DNA of 64,000 bases from an uncultured Gammaproteobacteria bacterium (GCA_947258755.1 CAMYJO010000002.1:4768-68767), one strand, 5' to 3'. Shown: positions 19,071 through 29,627, numbered from the stretch's first letter. Made by a program: numbers and translations. The notes: generated by a model from the letters alone, not told the origin.

Positions 19071-19910
19071 ATGGCACCTAGCGCTTCAACAGATCGATAT
19101 GCAGTCATGGGCAATCCCATCGCCCATAGCAAATCACCCTTGATCCATTCGATGTTTGCGCAACAAACCGGCCAACACATGCAGTATGATGCGCTGCTGG
19201 TCGACAAGGATGGATTTGAACAAGCGGTTGCCGAGTTCCGCCAGAGCGGCGGTTTGGGGCTTAATGTCACGGTGCCGTTTAAACAACAGGCCTGGTCACT
19301 GGCCCAGGAACGCAGCGCCCGCGCCGAACTGGCCGGCGCCGTCAACACCCTCGATTTCAGCGCCGGTCAATGCTTCGGCGACAATACCGATGGCGTCGGC
19401 CTGGTCCGTGACCTGATGCAGAATCACCAACTGGATCTGGCTGGTCGCAACATCCTCGTGCTCGGTGCCGGTGGCGCGGTCCGCGGGGTACTGGCACCGC
19501 TGCTGCAACAACAGCCCAACAACATCATCATTGCCAATCGCACCGCCAACAAGGCCACCGAACTGGCCGAGCTGTTTGCAAGCTATGGCAATATAGAGGG
19601 TATGGGCCTGGATGCCATCCCGACAAAACCGTTTGACCTGATCATCAATGGCACGGCGGCCAGCCTACAGGGAGATGTCCCTGCCGTACCGACAAACTGT
19701 ATCAACGATAGCACCTGCGCCTACGACATGATGTACGCCGCGCAAGCGACTGCATTCATGGCTTGGGCACAAAAGCAGGGTGCGCAGAAATACCTCGATG
19801 GCCTCGGCATGCTGGTTGAACAGGCCGCGGAATCTTTCTATCTTTGGCGCAAATTGCGCCCCGAGACAGCAGCGGTGATCGCCAGCCTGCGTGAGCAGAT
19901 GCACGCTTAA
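19071..19910 (+). CDS. aroE: Shikimate dehydrogenase
   Basis: GNPIAHSKSP, NVTVPFK, GAVNT, GDNTDG, GAGGA, MLVEQAA. Confidence 0.96.
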   Translation: MAPSASTDRYAVMGNPIAHSKSPLIHSMFAQQTGQHMQYDALLVDKDGFEQAVAEFRQSGGLGLNVTVPFKQQAWSLAQERSARAELAGAVNTLDFSAGQCFGDNTDGVGLVRDLMQNHQLDLAGRNILVLGAGGAVRGVLAPLLQQQPNNIIIANRTANKATELAELFASYGNIEGMGLDAIPTKPFDLIINGTAASLQGDVPAVPTNCINDSTCAYDMMYAAQATAFMAWAQKQGAQKYLDGLGMLVEQAAESFYLWRKLRPETAAVIASLREQMHA

Positions 19911-19997
19911 GCTTGCATTAGATGCAAAGGAAACAAGATCTGGTCCCTTACTTCTGTTAAATGGACATACAATTTAAATTAACACCAGTTTGTTAAT

Positions 19998-21746
19998 TTA
20001 GTTGTTAGTAATCCAGACAAATTCATATGGCTCAAGATGAATGCTCTCGCGGAAGTCATGATACTCGTAGCCGCTAATCAAATCCCTCCAATCGTCAAGC
20101 TCAATCAGATTTATATCTTGCAAGGCAATAGATTGTTTTACATTACTGACATTATATATACAAAAAATGCTCTGCGATCTATCCTGGCTTTGACGCCAAA
20201 AAGAAAAAAGCGCCTCATCAAAATGCAGTGTGAATTGAGTTGCATTTGGATGAAATGCCTTTTGTCGTTTACGGATGTTAATAATCTCTTTCAACTGAGA
20301 AAAAGCCTGGCAATGAAGACTATCTTCATCATCCAGAGTCTCGCACAAATCTTTATAGTTCCATACATGTCGATTGATTGCGCGTTTGTTTGATGAGAAT
20401 TTCACTTTGTTATAATCGTTCTCAGTTGCCAATAAACTGTGAATATAAAATGCTGGTATACCTTCCAGTGCAAGCATGATGGCATGCGCGCACACAAATC
20501 GTTTAATCTGATATTGATCCTCGCCTTCAAAAGTACCCTTCATGGCATCGATTAGACTGATATTAAGCTCATAGGCTCTATGCTCCCCATTCTCCAGAGT
20601 ACGCCATGAAACATCACCTCCAAATTCCTGCACAATATCGGCTAGATTACTGACCTCCTGGTCAGATAGTATGCCTTCTGCTGGGCGTAAGCCTATGCCA
20701 TCATGTGACGCAATAAAATTAAAGTAGGAGGTACCGCTTCGCGCGGGCGGCATACTCATCATCCATTGCTTGAGCAGACGAGATGAGCCAGAAAGCATGG
20801 TATAGAGTATTAGTGGTGGCAGTGTAAAGTTATATATTAAATGAGCTTCATTGGCATTGCCGAAATACGATAAATTTTCACGATTTGGGATATTGGTTTC
20901 AGTGATAATGATGGCATCCGCTCTGTAATGCTCAATAATCAGGCGTAACAAGCGAATAATTTCATGTGTTTCAGGGAGATTAATACATGAACTACCAGCT
21001 TGTTTCCATAGAAATGCAACGGCATCCAGGCGAAAAACCTTCACACCTTTATCAAGGTACAACTTAATTATCCTGATAAATTCAATGAGCACATCAGGAT
21101 TGCTGAAATTGAGATCAACCTGGTCATGACTGAATGTACACCAAACATACTTGGTCCCTTCCAGGGTTTCCGTTTTACGCAGCAATGGTGACGTTCGGGG
21201 TCGCACAACCGCCTGCAAATCGGTTTCAGGATCACACTCAATAAAGTAGTCGGCGCCAGGCTGTCTGTTTTGTTTAAAATTTTCAAACCATATACTTCGA
21301 CTCGAACAATGATTCAGCACAAGGTCGGCCATCAAGGAATAATCCTGCGCGATACTACTAATATTATTCCAGTCTCCCAGTGCCTGATTGACTTCTGAAT
21401 AATTAATAACGGAAAAGCCGTCATCTGAACTAAAGGGATAAAATGGTAATATATGTATTATGTTACTAACGCCATTGAGGTAGCGATCAAAAAAATCATG
21501 CAGCGTATCTAATGGGAGTTCATCATCGTTTGTAATGCTATCGCCATACGTAATCGTTACAATGTCATTTTCATCCCACAGATTACAATGATATTTTACA
21601 TCTGCAATGCGTTCGGCATATTGCATTAAGTTGATAATTTTATCGGCAATGGCATCAGTATCATCATCGGCATAGATAACGTTCAAATGATCCAGTATGC
21701 GAAATTTCAATTCACCCAATTTATCTGATGAGTTATTCATTGTCAT
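19998..21746 (-). CDS. GH13_18 sucrose-phosphorylase-family enzyme, likely glucosylglycerate phosphorylase
   Basis: HILPFYP.SSDDGF, DLVLNH, RLDAVAF, ITETN, ASHDGIG, YELN; specificity inferred from neighbours. Confidence 0.85.
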   Translation of the reverse strand: MTMNNSSDKLGELKFRILDHLNVIYADDDTDAIADKIINLMQYAERIADVKYHCNLWDENDIVTITYGDSITNDDELPLDTLHDFFDRYLNGVSNIIHILPFYPFSSDDGFSVINYSEVNQALGDWNNISSIAQDYSLMADLVLNHCSSRSIWFENFKQNRQPGADYFIECDPETDLQAVVRPRTSPLLRKTETLEGTKYVWCTFSHDQVDLNFSNPDVLIEFIRIIKLYLDKGVKVFRLDAVAFLWKQAGSSCINLPETHEIIRLLRLIIEHYRADAIIITETNIPNRENLSYFGNANEAHLIYNFTLPPLILYTMLSGSSRLLKQWMMSMPPARSGTSYFNFIASHDGIGLRPAEGILSDQEVSNLADIVQEFGGDVSWRTLENGEHRAYELNISLIDAMKGTFEGEDQYQIKRFVCAHAIMLALEGIPAFYIHSLLATENDYNKVKFSSNKRAINRHVWNYKDLCETLDDEDSLHCQAFSQLKEIINIRKRQKAFHPNATQFTLHFDEALFSFWRQSQDRSQSIFCIYNVSNVKQSIALQDINLIELDDWRDLISGYEYHDFRESIHLEPYEFVWITNN

Positions 21747-22963
21747 AAAAACAATTCCCGGTCTTTTTCAACAGCTTCAATAAGCTGTGCGAAAATATCA
21801 GGCATGGCACTGACGATCCTTCTCCAACTAGGAATGAACGGTGCTTTATCTGTATCCTCGAGAAACAACTGACCCGCATGTTTTATATTTTTGGCGAACA
21901 TTTCTACCATCTGCTCTTCCTTGTGGGTCTCATAATTCAGGCCATTAAACATAGCGTCATTTCGGTAGCTCTCTACCATATCCAATGCGATTCTATAGTA
22001 AGTAGCCTTGGTCGTTCTAAGACTCTCCTGGCTAAATTCCAGGCCATCGGTTGCCAGCTTTTTAAAGATCGCCTTGGATATCTCAATTGACATTTTTGAC
22101 AGCCCCTGCTCCTTATCCTCACTGGATAAAGCCTGGTGCTTATGATCGTAACAGTCTGCCAGATCTGCCTGGCAGAGATGACTGGTAGCATAGTTTTTCA
22201 TCATTTCCATCAGGATACCCGCCTCAAGACCCCAGTCTGTCGGCATACGCAAATCTTCCAGCACGTTATTGCGCATGGAAAATTCGCCCGCTAACGGGTA
22301 TCTGAAACTGTCGAGAAAATCCAGGTATCTGTGCGGTCCATGCTGCTGATTAAGTGCTCTTACCAGTGGTGTCACCAGTAAACGTGATACACGCCCATTA
22401 AAAGAATTATCTGCAATGCGCGGATAATAGCCTTTACAGAATTGATAATTAAACTGAGGATTGGCGACCGGATATAACAACCTTGCAAGCATTTCCCTTT
22501 TATACGTTATGATGTCACAGTCATGCAGGGCTATGGCCTGTGTATTATTTCTTGCCAGCATGTAGCCCATACAATACCAGACATTACGACCCTTACCCTT
22601 TTCCGTAGGCGCCAGGCCTTTCTTCCTTAATTTCTCATCAATGGCCAAAAGATTAGGGCCATCATTCCATAACAAGTCAGTCTGCTGGGGTAATTGTGAA
22701 AAAAACTGCATCGCATTTTTAAACTCATCCTTGTTAGCCTGATCAATACCAACAACAATCTGGGTAAGATAAGATGCTCCTTTGAGTTCATTAACGATTG
22801 TGGTCAAGGCTGGCCGTTCAATTTCAGAATACAGTGACGGAAGAATAAGACCCATCGGTCGTTTGTTTGAAAACCGTACCAGATCGTCCTCTATCTCCTC
22901 AAGCGTTCGAGTTGACAGGTTATGTAATGTGGTAATAAGTCCATTTTGAAAAAAATCACTCAT
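21743..22963 (-). CDS. Glucosyl-3-phosphoglycerate synthase (GpgS-like)
   Basis: GKGRNVW, HDCDI, KGYY.R, GRVSRL, YPLAGEF, DWGLE, YDHKHQ. Confidence 0.85.
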   Translation of the reverse strand: MSDFFQNGLITTLHNLSTRTLEEIEDDLVRFSNKRPMGLILPSLYSEIERPALTTIVNELKGASYLTQIVVGIDQANKDEFKNAMQFFSQLPQQTDLLWNDGPNLLAIDEKLRKKGLAPTEKGKGRNVWYCMGYMLARNNTQAIALHDCDIITYKREMLARLLYPVANPQFNYQFCKGYYPRIADNSFNGRVSRLLVTPLVRALNQQHGPHRYLDFLDSFRYPLAGEFSMRNNVLEDLRMPTDWGLEAGILMEMMKNYATSHLCQADLADCYDHKHQALSSEDKEQGLSKMSIEISKAIFKKLATDGLEFSQESLRTTKATYYRIALDMVESYRNDAMFNGLNYETHKEEQMVEMFAKNIKHAGQLFLEDTDKAPFIPSWRRIVSAMPDIFAQLIEAVEKDRELFL

Positions 22964-22977
22964 ACTCGCTCCTAAGT

Positions 22978-23790
22978 TTATTCAAGACCTGGCAATGCCA
23001 GTTTTATTGCTTCAGCCCAGCCTTCTGGGGCACAAGCTTGAGTTTGTATGTCAGGTGTTATCAACTTGCTCAGTAAATGATTTGACGGCGAATTAACAAC
23101 AACTGACTTATCCGCAACAGACAGCATATCTACATCATTTTCACTGTCGCCCAGAATAATTGTTTTAAATTGCTTTTTATAAAAACGCAGAAGAATTTCG
23201 ACAGCACGACCCTTGCCGCAATCGCCCATAACATGCAGAAAGCGACCACCCTGTAGTATTGATAGTCCATGCATTTTCAGTTGCCTTTTAAATTCATCTA
23301 ATGCGGACTCACTGTCATGCCATTTTACTGGCTCACTAAACTCCCGATTAATCGCATGATTAACGCTAGCGTGCGCCAAGCCAGTTAATTCAACAGCCTC
23401 ATCAACCGTGCATTGACTGAAACGCGTATAAAATGACCGAGGGGTATCAATCGCATTAAATGCACTGCTGATAACCTGATAAGGCTTTCCCAGTATTACT
23501 GCCCAGTAATCATCCTGCCTGATTACATTCGCCGGTTTATCCGAAAACTGTTCAATAGGCAAATAAATACAAGAACCATTTTCAATGATAAAAGGATCAT
23601 GTATATCCAGCTCTTGTCTGATAGCCAACGTTTCTCTATACGTCTTGCTAGTATTGATAATAATAGGGATACTATTTTTATTCAGCATTCTGATTATTGG
23701 TATTGCAGCACCAGCATCATATGTATCATGGTTAAGCAATGTACCATCCAGATCAGTGATAACCATCCATTGTGTTTTATTGGCCGTCAT
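22978..23790 (-). CDS. HAD-IIB glucosyl/mannosyl-3-phosphoglycerate phosphatase
   Basis: TDLDGTLL, NTSKT, ENG, REFSEP, GGRF.H, GDSENDVDML. Confidence 0.9.
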   Translation of the reverse strand: MTANKTQWMVITDLDGTLLNHDTYDAGAAIPIIRMLNKNSIPIIINTSKTYRETLAIRQELDIHDPFIIENGSCIYLPIEQFSDKPANVIRQDDYWAVILGKPYQVISSAFNAIDTPRSFYTRFSQCTVDEAVELTGLAHASVNHAINREFSEPVKWHDSESALDEFKRQLKMHGLSILQGGRFLHVMGDCGKGRAVEILLRFYKKQFKTIILGDSENDVDMLSVADKSVVVNSPSNHLLSKLITPDIQTQACAPEGWAEAIKLALPGLE

Positions 23791-24742
23791 TTATTCCTAT
23801 AATCCCGTCAATCGAATGATCAGCTTTAATAGGAAGCACCAGGTCTGCGGTCTCAGGCAAGTGTGTGAGCGTATGGCGACTGATTCGTTCATAATGCTGT
23901 ATAAATCGTTTTAATTCTGCCTGACTCATAATTCGTGTTTGCTGATCAGCTAGCATGCCTGACTTTAATTTTTGCTCCTGCAGGCTTCTCCAACTATAGA
24001 TATGCTCGAAATCAGGGGCTTTCAACATGGCACACATGTCAGCGTGCTTGAATAGTCGCTGATGATACTCATCAAGCTTTTCATTTGCGTAATGCCTCCA
24101 CACTCCCTGAGAATCCTCTTTTTCTTCGAGCTCATTAACAGGATTGATTAGCTCAGTTCGATTTTGAACCGGACTGTTGTTGCACCAACCTTCGAATATA
24201 ATGACATCTATGCTGTTGTTATAAACCATCCACTCAGATGGATGGAGACGATCATCGACAGACTTGTTAAAAACAGGCACGGAACATTTCCTGCCTTGCA
24301 ACAATGTATCGAGTACATTCTCGATTAAATCGATATCATGCGTACCAGGCACACCTCGTGTAACTAATAATGGGTGTACATCTTTCCCTAACTGCTCTCT
24401 CTCAGCGCGAGTGTAATAAAAATCATCCAATGAAAAAGCGGCAACACGAAGCTTGAATTCAGATTCAATAATCAGCTTGATAAAGGCTGTCAATGTCGAT
24501 TTTCCTGTTCCCTGTGCACCATTGATACTAACCAGCAATGGCCCACTCTGTTTTTTCTCTATAATTAGACGCGACAAAGGAAAATATATATTTTGGATGA
24601 TGGCATTAAATGTCACCGGCAGAGACATTCTTTCACACAAGGCAGAACAGCGATCCAGAGTAGCCGCCGAATAGTCCATATCTGTTATCGTAAATTTATT
24701 ATCTTTGTAAGGCATACATATTGCTTTGCAATATTTGTGCAC
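23777..24742 (-). CDS. D-glycerate 3-kinase (plant GLYK-like P-loop type); start uncertain
   Basis: GAQGTGKST, SLDDFY, TRGVPGTHD, FNKSVDDR, FEGWC, WRSLQE, FIQHYER. Confidence 0.82.
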   Translation of the reverse strand: MHKYCKAICMPYKDNKFTITDMDYSAATLDRCSALCERMSLPVTFNAIIQNIYFPLSRLIIEKKQSGPLLVSINGAQGTGKSTLTAFIKLIIESEFKLRVAAFSLDDFYYTRAEREQLGKDVHPLLVTRGVPGTHDIDLIENVLDTLLQGRKCSVPVFNKSVDDRLHPSEWMVYNNSIDVIIFEGWCNNSPVQNRTELINPVNELEEKEDSQGVWRHYANEKLDEYHQRLFKHADMCAMLKAPDFEHIYSWRSLQEQKLKSGMLADQQTRIMSQAELKRFIQHYERISRHTLTHLPETADLVLPIKADHSIDGIIGINDGQ

Positions 24743-24943
24743 ATTTAATGTTTTCTATGTATTTGCTTGAGATAATCATAGTAATAACCATATGTGCACG
24801 AAAAATGATGAAAAATGACTCTTTATAGTGCAAATGATTGTATAAAACAACATTCATTTCCCTATTATAGTGCATACGTACACGTAGGTATAACGTATAA
24901 GTAACTGGTAAGCAGCAATACTGAACCCCCTAAGGAGAAAACT

Positions 24944-26596
24944 ATGCCCCCACTAAAACAGCTACCGGCATGGACAGAGCTCGAATCTCATTATCAATCT
25001 ATTAAAGATACTCATATGCGAGATCTGTTTGAACAAGATCCAGGTCGCTTTAAGCATTTTTCATTAAAACTGGGAAAACTATTATTCGATTACTCCAAAA
25101 ATCGTATAAATAATGACACTATCAGCTTACTACTGAAACTGGCCAAACAATCTCACGTTGAAGAATGGCGTGACAAAATGTTTGCGGGTGAGGCAATCAA
25201 TCATACAGAAGGACGCGCCGTACAACATGTGGCACTACGCAATAACACCAACGAACCCGTCTATGTCTCAGGCAGGGATGTGAGCAGCGAGATTGAAACA
25301 GAAATTTTACGCGTTAAAGAAATGGCTGAAAAAATACGCACACGTGCCTGGAGAGGTGCAACCAATCAACCTATTACGGATGTTGTAAATATTGGTATCG
25401 GTGGATCGCATCTGGGTCCGCAAATGGTGACAGAAGCACTGACACCATACGCTATCCATGATCTCGATATACATTTTGTCTCAAATATTGACGAGAACCA
25501 TATCAACAATACACTCGAGCATCTAAACCCTGACACTACATTGTTTATCATTTCTTCGAAAAGCTTCACAACACAGGACACAATGGTAAATGCAGAAACA
25601 GCTCGTTCATGGCTGGAACATAAATTTGGCTCCGATAAATACCTGCATCGACATCTGGTGGCAGTCACCTCAAACCCCAAAGCAGCCACAGAATTCGGTG
25701 TAAATGCTAATAATATACTTAAAATGTGGGACTGGGTTGGCGGGCGCTACTCCTTATGGTCGGCAATAGGCTTATCAATTGTCATCGCTATCGGTTCTGA
25801 ATACTTTGATGATTTACTCGAAGGCGCACATGCGGCTGATGAACATTTCACAATGACACCTCTGGATGAAAATATACCGGTCATCATGGCTTTGCTTGGC
25901 ATCTGGTACAACAATTTTTTTAACTCTGAAACCATTGCCATCTTACCTTATGACCAGAATATGCATCGATTCCCAGCCTATTTGCAGCAAGCGGATATGG
26001 AAAGTAATGGAAAATCAGTTGACCGCTCAGGTGAATTTGTTGACTACAGTACCGGGCCGATTTTGTTTGGAGAAATTGGCATTGCCAGTCAGCATGCTTT
26101 TTATCAATTACTACATCAGGGAACAAAACTGGTCCCAGCGGATATGCTGGCCCCTGTTTCCAATTACCAGTGTATTGCACAACATCACCGAGCACTTATG
26201 TCCAATGTGTTCGCACAGTCAGAAGCGATGATGCTGGGAAAAACCGCTGATGAGGCCATGGCCGAGATGCTTGATGCCGGCATGAGTGAAAAACAGGCAA
26301 AGGCGCTTTTGCCATACAAGGTCTTCCCAGGTAACCGGCCAACAAATACTTTCCTGTTCGACACCTTAAGCCCGAGGATGCTGGGTACCATTATTGCGCT
26401 GTATGAGCATAAAATATTCGTACAAGGCATTATCTGGAATATTAACTCATTCGATCAATGGGGTGTTGAACTCGGTAAAGTTCTGGCAACGAATATACTT
26501 GAAGAAATTAATGAAGGTTGCGTAAGCAAAGCGCATGACTGTTCCACTGAGGGCCTGATGAATTACTACTTCAAGCTCAGGTCACAGGTAGGCTAA
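24944..26596 (+). CDS. pgi: Glucose-6-phosphate isomerase
   Basis: NIGIGGS.LGP, SKSFTT.DT, DWVGGRYS, MESNGK, FDQWGVELGK. Confidence 0.96.
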   Translation: MPPLKQLPAWTELESHYQSIKDTHMRDLFEQDPGRFKHFSLKLGKLLFDYSKNRINNDTISLLLKLAKQSHVEEWRDKMFAGEAINHTEGRAVQHVALRNNTNEPVYVSGRDVSSEIETEILRVKEMAEKIRTRAWRGATNQPITDVVNIGIGGSHLGPQMVTEALTPYAIHDLDIHFVSNIDENHINNTLEHLNPDTTLFIISSKSFTTQDTMVNAETARSWLEHKFGSDKYLHRHLVAVTSNPKAATEFGVNANNILKMWDWVGGRYSLWSAIGLSIVIAIGSEYFDDLLEGAHAADEHFTMTPLDENIPVIMALLGIWYNNFFNSETIAILPYDQNMHRFPAYLQQADMESNGKSVDRSGEFVDYSTGPILFGEIGIASQHAFYQLLHQGTKLVPADMLAPVSNYQCIAQHHRALMSNVFAQSEAMMLGKTADEAMAEMLDAGMSEKQAKALLPYKVFPGNRPTNTFLFDTLSPRMLGTIIALYEHKIFVQGIIWNINSFDQWGVELGKVLATNILEEINEGCVSKAHDCSTEGLMNYYFKLRSQVG

Positions 26597-26782
26597 TAAT
26601 CTATACAATTATTGCTTGGTTAATCCTTTCCGCGCCAGCTCAACTGACGAGAACCATTGGTCAATTAATTGCAGAGAAAATGACAGGCGATAAATCTATA
26701 CGGCTCTTATTCGTTCCCATCTGTTTTGACAATAATACTCAGCGCACCACTAAAGCACTAAACTGATCTCTATTGCCTGATT

Positions 26783-27019
26783 TTACAAACCAATCATTTC
26801 GGCATGACCGGCGATTTCTTTGACCATCGTCAGTATATGACTTGAGGAAGTCGCACTAGTATCGTATTCCACAAGGATTAGATGCGTCTTATCTTCTGGC
26901 ATATGTACGCTGACTACACCATCAATGATGCGCACGCCGCTTTCAAGTTTTTTACGCGTATCGGCATCGGTACTCTTATCGATATGTATCGTTACATCGG
27001 CTAATGAAATATCAGTCAT
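26783..27019 (-). CDS. 78-aa HMA-like protein lacking CxxC
   Basis: Beta-alpha-beta pattern GVVSV...HLILVEYD; no Cys. Confidence 0.65.
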   Translation of the reverse strand: MTDISLADVTIHIDKSTDADTRKKLESGVRIIDGVVSVHMPEDKTHLILVEYDTSATSSSHILTMVKEIAGHAEMIGL

Positions 27020-27072
27020 AATAAAGCTCCTCTCTTCTGATGTATTAATAGCATGTGTTTTATATAAAGGAA

Positions 27073-27086
27073 TTGAGTTAGATCAA
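27073..27086. promoter_or_regulatory. FNR-like box in divergent intergenic region
   Basis: TTGAG-TTAG-ATCAA, one mismatch to TTGAT-N4-ATCAA. Confidence 0.4.
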
Positions 27087-27154
27087 TCTTTGTAATCTTT
27101 GATTGTTCTACTATATTAATCTATTGGCAATGCAATTAATCGGAGGTTGTTGAC

Positions 27155-27769
27155 ATGGCAATCGATCTCGAGTGTGCAAAATCATCCCTGCCACAGGGTG
27201 CCACACTAGAGGATTGGTTTGACGAGCAATTCGACAGAAAAATTGCAGCATATAAGACCAATAAAACCCCAAAATTATCTATACTAGTATCCAAGGGCAC
27301 ACTGGACAGGGCTTATCCAGCGTTTATTCTTTCATCGACGGCAGCTGCCGTGGACTGGGAAGTGTCAGTGTTCTTTACCTTTTTATGGATTAGCTCTGCT
27401 GAAGAAAGAGATCAAACCGGGTATCAGTGCGCTGAGTAACCCGGCCATGCCGATGAAAATGCCGTTTGGCCCCCATTGGTTTCGTGGTATTAAATGGAAT
27501 ATGCCAAATCTGTTCATGGCTGGTGTTCCAGGTTTTGAGAAGGTCACCACCGGCCTTATAAACAAACGCATAAACAAAATGGTGTCGCAGGCATTGGAGA
27601 CTTACGCGATGCCTGTGTCGAATCCGGTGTTGAGTTGATCGCCTGCCAAATGACTGTGGATGTGGTTGGTTGGAAAAAATAAGACTTTATGTCGGGTATT
27701 TCAGGCTGGGCGGGCGCGGCCACCTACCTGACCAAAGCGCAAGATGCTGATGTGACTTTATTTATCTAA
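27155..27769 (+). pseudogene. Disrupted DsrE2-like sulfurtransferase
   Basis: SKGTLD.AYP.FIL..TAAA, FFTF, LIACQMT, GAATYL spread over two frames; extra T near 27375, missing A near 27573, in-frame TAA at 27680. Confidence 0.85.
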
Positions 27770-27772
27770 CCT

Positions 27773-27837
27773 ATAAACTGGGTCAGAAAACAATTGTTTC
27801 TAAATAATAGCGAATATTGTTCTATGACCCGGTTTTT
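27773..27837. repeat. Third full (65-bp) copy of the palindromic element
   Basis: ataaactgggtcagaaaacaattgttt...gaatattgttctatgacccggttttt, 3 bp after the pseudogene stop. Confidence 0.8.
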
Positions 27838-27871
27838 AGGCAGGGATGACTTTATGCTTCGTAGCTTGACA

Positions 27872-28402
27872 TCACATCTGTTGGTAACTGTTTTTCAATC
27901 TTACATAGTGCCCGGCCGAGTACAGCAGGTATTCGCGCTCCTCGTCGCTGAGCGCACGTATGCGACGGGCTGGCCTGCCTTGCCAGAGATAGCCGGATTC
28001 CAGGATCTTGCCCGGGCTGACCAGACTGCCGGCGGCCAACATCAGTTCGGTTTCTAACTCGGCACCGTCCATGACGACACTACCCATTCCGATCAGGCAG
28101 CGGTCAGCTATGTTGCAACCATGCAGGATGACTGCATGTCCGACGGTGACGTCGTTGCCGACTTTCAGGCTAAAGCCGCCGGGTGCGTAGGGGCCGTCAT
28201 GAGTGACATGCAGGACTGAACCGTCCTGGATATTGCTGCGCTCGCCAATGTGTATGCTATGGATATCACCTCGGATGACGGCTTGCGGCCAAACCGAGCT
28301 GTCGCGGCCGATGGCCACATCACCAATAAGCTGTGCACTTTCGTCGATATAAGCCGTGGCATCCACGGCTGGTGTTGTTCCGGCAAATGGACGTATTGTC
28401 AT
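27872..28402 (-). CDS. Gamma carbonic anhydrase-like (YrdA family) hexapeptide protein
   Basis: IGDV.IG..SSVWP.AVIRGD, NIQD..VLH, TVGH..ILHGC. Confidence 0.92.
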   Translation of the reverse strand: MTIRPFAGTTPAVDATAYIDESAQLIGDVAIGRDSSVWPQAVIRGDIHSIHIGERSNIQDGSVLHVTHDGPYAPGGFSLKVGNDVTVGHAVILHGCNIADRCLIGMGSVVMDGAELETELMLAAGSLVSPGKILESGYLWQGRPARRIRALSDEEREYLLYSAGHYVRLKNSYQQM

Positions 28403-28508
28403 ATTCACTCCGACTCATTTAAAACATTTGCATTCAGTAAAAAGATTCAACAAACTGGAACATCATTATGACACAATGTATAAATTAATCAGAGGCTCCT
28501 TGGTTGTC

Positions 28509-29300
28509 ATGGACTCCAGCTCATCCATCGCCCTGTGTTATGCCAACGATAACTTATTACCGGTGGCACAACAATTATCTGATTCACTACAGCTGCCGCT
28601 GGCGCAAAGTGTGGATGACCGCTATGACTTTTTATTGATGCTGAAGCCCTGGCATACGGAACCCGGTTATCTGTGTCAGTTGCAGCAAACCGGCAGCGAT
28701 GCCCCCGGCCCAGTGTTTATCGATTTTACCGCTGGCAAGAGTGCGCATCGTCGCCAGTATGGCGGTGGCCGTAAACAGGCCTTGGCGCGTGCTGTCGGTA
28801 TGCGCTCGGGGCATGATCCGGCCGTGCTCGATATCACCGCCGGTCTTGGCAAGGATGCCTATGTACTGGCCAGCCTCGGTTGTCAGGTCACACTGGTGGA
28901 ACGCGTAGCCGCCATTTATGCATTATTGGATAATGGTATTATCAGGGCGCGGCAGGATGCAGACACCGCCGACATTGCCAACAGAATGGAATTGATCAAT
29001 GCTGACGCCATCGACTACTTACAAACCATACCGACTGACAAGCACTTTGACGTTATCTACCTCGACCCAATGTACCCGGAGCGCGGCAAATCGTCACTAG
29101 TCAAAAAAGAGATGCGCTATTTCCATGCCATCGCCGGTCAAGACAGTGATGCCGACAGCTTGTTATTGCAGGCCCTGCAATGCAAGGTGCGGCGCGTGGT
29201 CGTTAAGCGGCCTATCTCGGCAACGGCGCTTGCCGATAAAAAACCTGATGCCATCGTCAGCAGCAAGAATACCCGCTATGATATATACCTCCAATATTGA
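28509..29300 (+). CDS. rsmJ: 16S rRNA m2G1516 methyltransferase
   Basis: LARAVG, VLDITAGLGKDA, LVER, YLDPMYP, RVVVKRP; start moved downstream of ORF-track start. Confidence 0.9.
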   Translation: MDSSSSIALCYANDNLLPVAQQLSDSLQLPLAQSVDDRYDFLLMLKPWHTEPGYLCQLQQTGSDAPGPVFIDFTAGKSAHRRQYGGGRKQALARAVGMRSGHDPAVLDITAGLGKDAYVLASLGCQVTLVERVAAIYALLDNGIIRARQDADTADIANRMELINADAIDYLQTIPTDKHFDVIYLDPMYPERGKSSLVKKEMRYFHAIAGQDSDADSLLLQALQCKVRRVVVKRPISATALADKKPDAIVSSKNTRYDIYLQY

Positions 29301-29336
29301 GCGGCTTCTGATTAATTTAAAATGTTAAGTCATTCT

Positions 29337-29366
29337 GAGGACGCCTACATCCCTGTAGGCGTCCTC
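29337..29366. repeat. Perfect 13-bp-stem hairpin (REP-like or terminator)
   Basis: gaggacgcctaca-tccc-tgtaggcgtcctc; no T-tract; single copy seen. Confidence 0.45.
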
Positions 29367-29429
29367 GCAATGACCAATTAATCAGAGATTCCTTAACTTT
29401 AAACCTGACCGACAAGAGTTACATACATA

Positions 29430-29627
29430 ATGGAAGACAGAATCACCGACCTTGAAATACGCCTCAGCCATCAGCAGGCCGCTATTGATGAACTTACGCG
29501 CACAGCGCTGGAGCAGGAAAAAATAATCGAACGCCTGCAACAGGACATCAAACAACTGCGTGAACAGCTGACCGAGGTTTCCAATATTGCGCATGTCTCG
29601 GAAGAGACGCCACCACCGCATTATTGA
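29430..29627 (+). CDS. slyX: SlyX protein
   Basis: RITDLEIRLSHQQ..IDEL...EETPPPHY. Confidence 0.93.
   Translation: MEDRITDLEIRLSHQQAAIDELTRTALEQEKIIERLQQDIKQLREQLTEVSNIAHVSEETPPPHY

Noticed and set aside
27680-27682. Recoded stop in the DsrE2-like gene
   Set aside because: It is TAA, not TGA/TAG, and accompanies two frameshifts.
29337-29366. Hairpin as a member of the 64-bp element family
   Set aside because: Unrelated sequence; one copy only.
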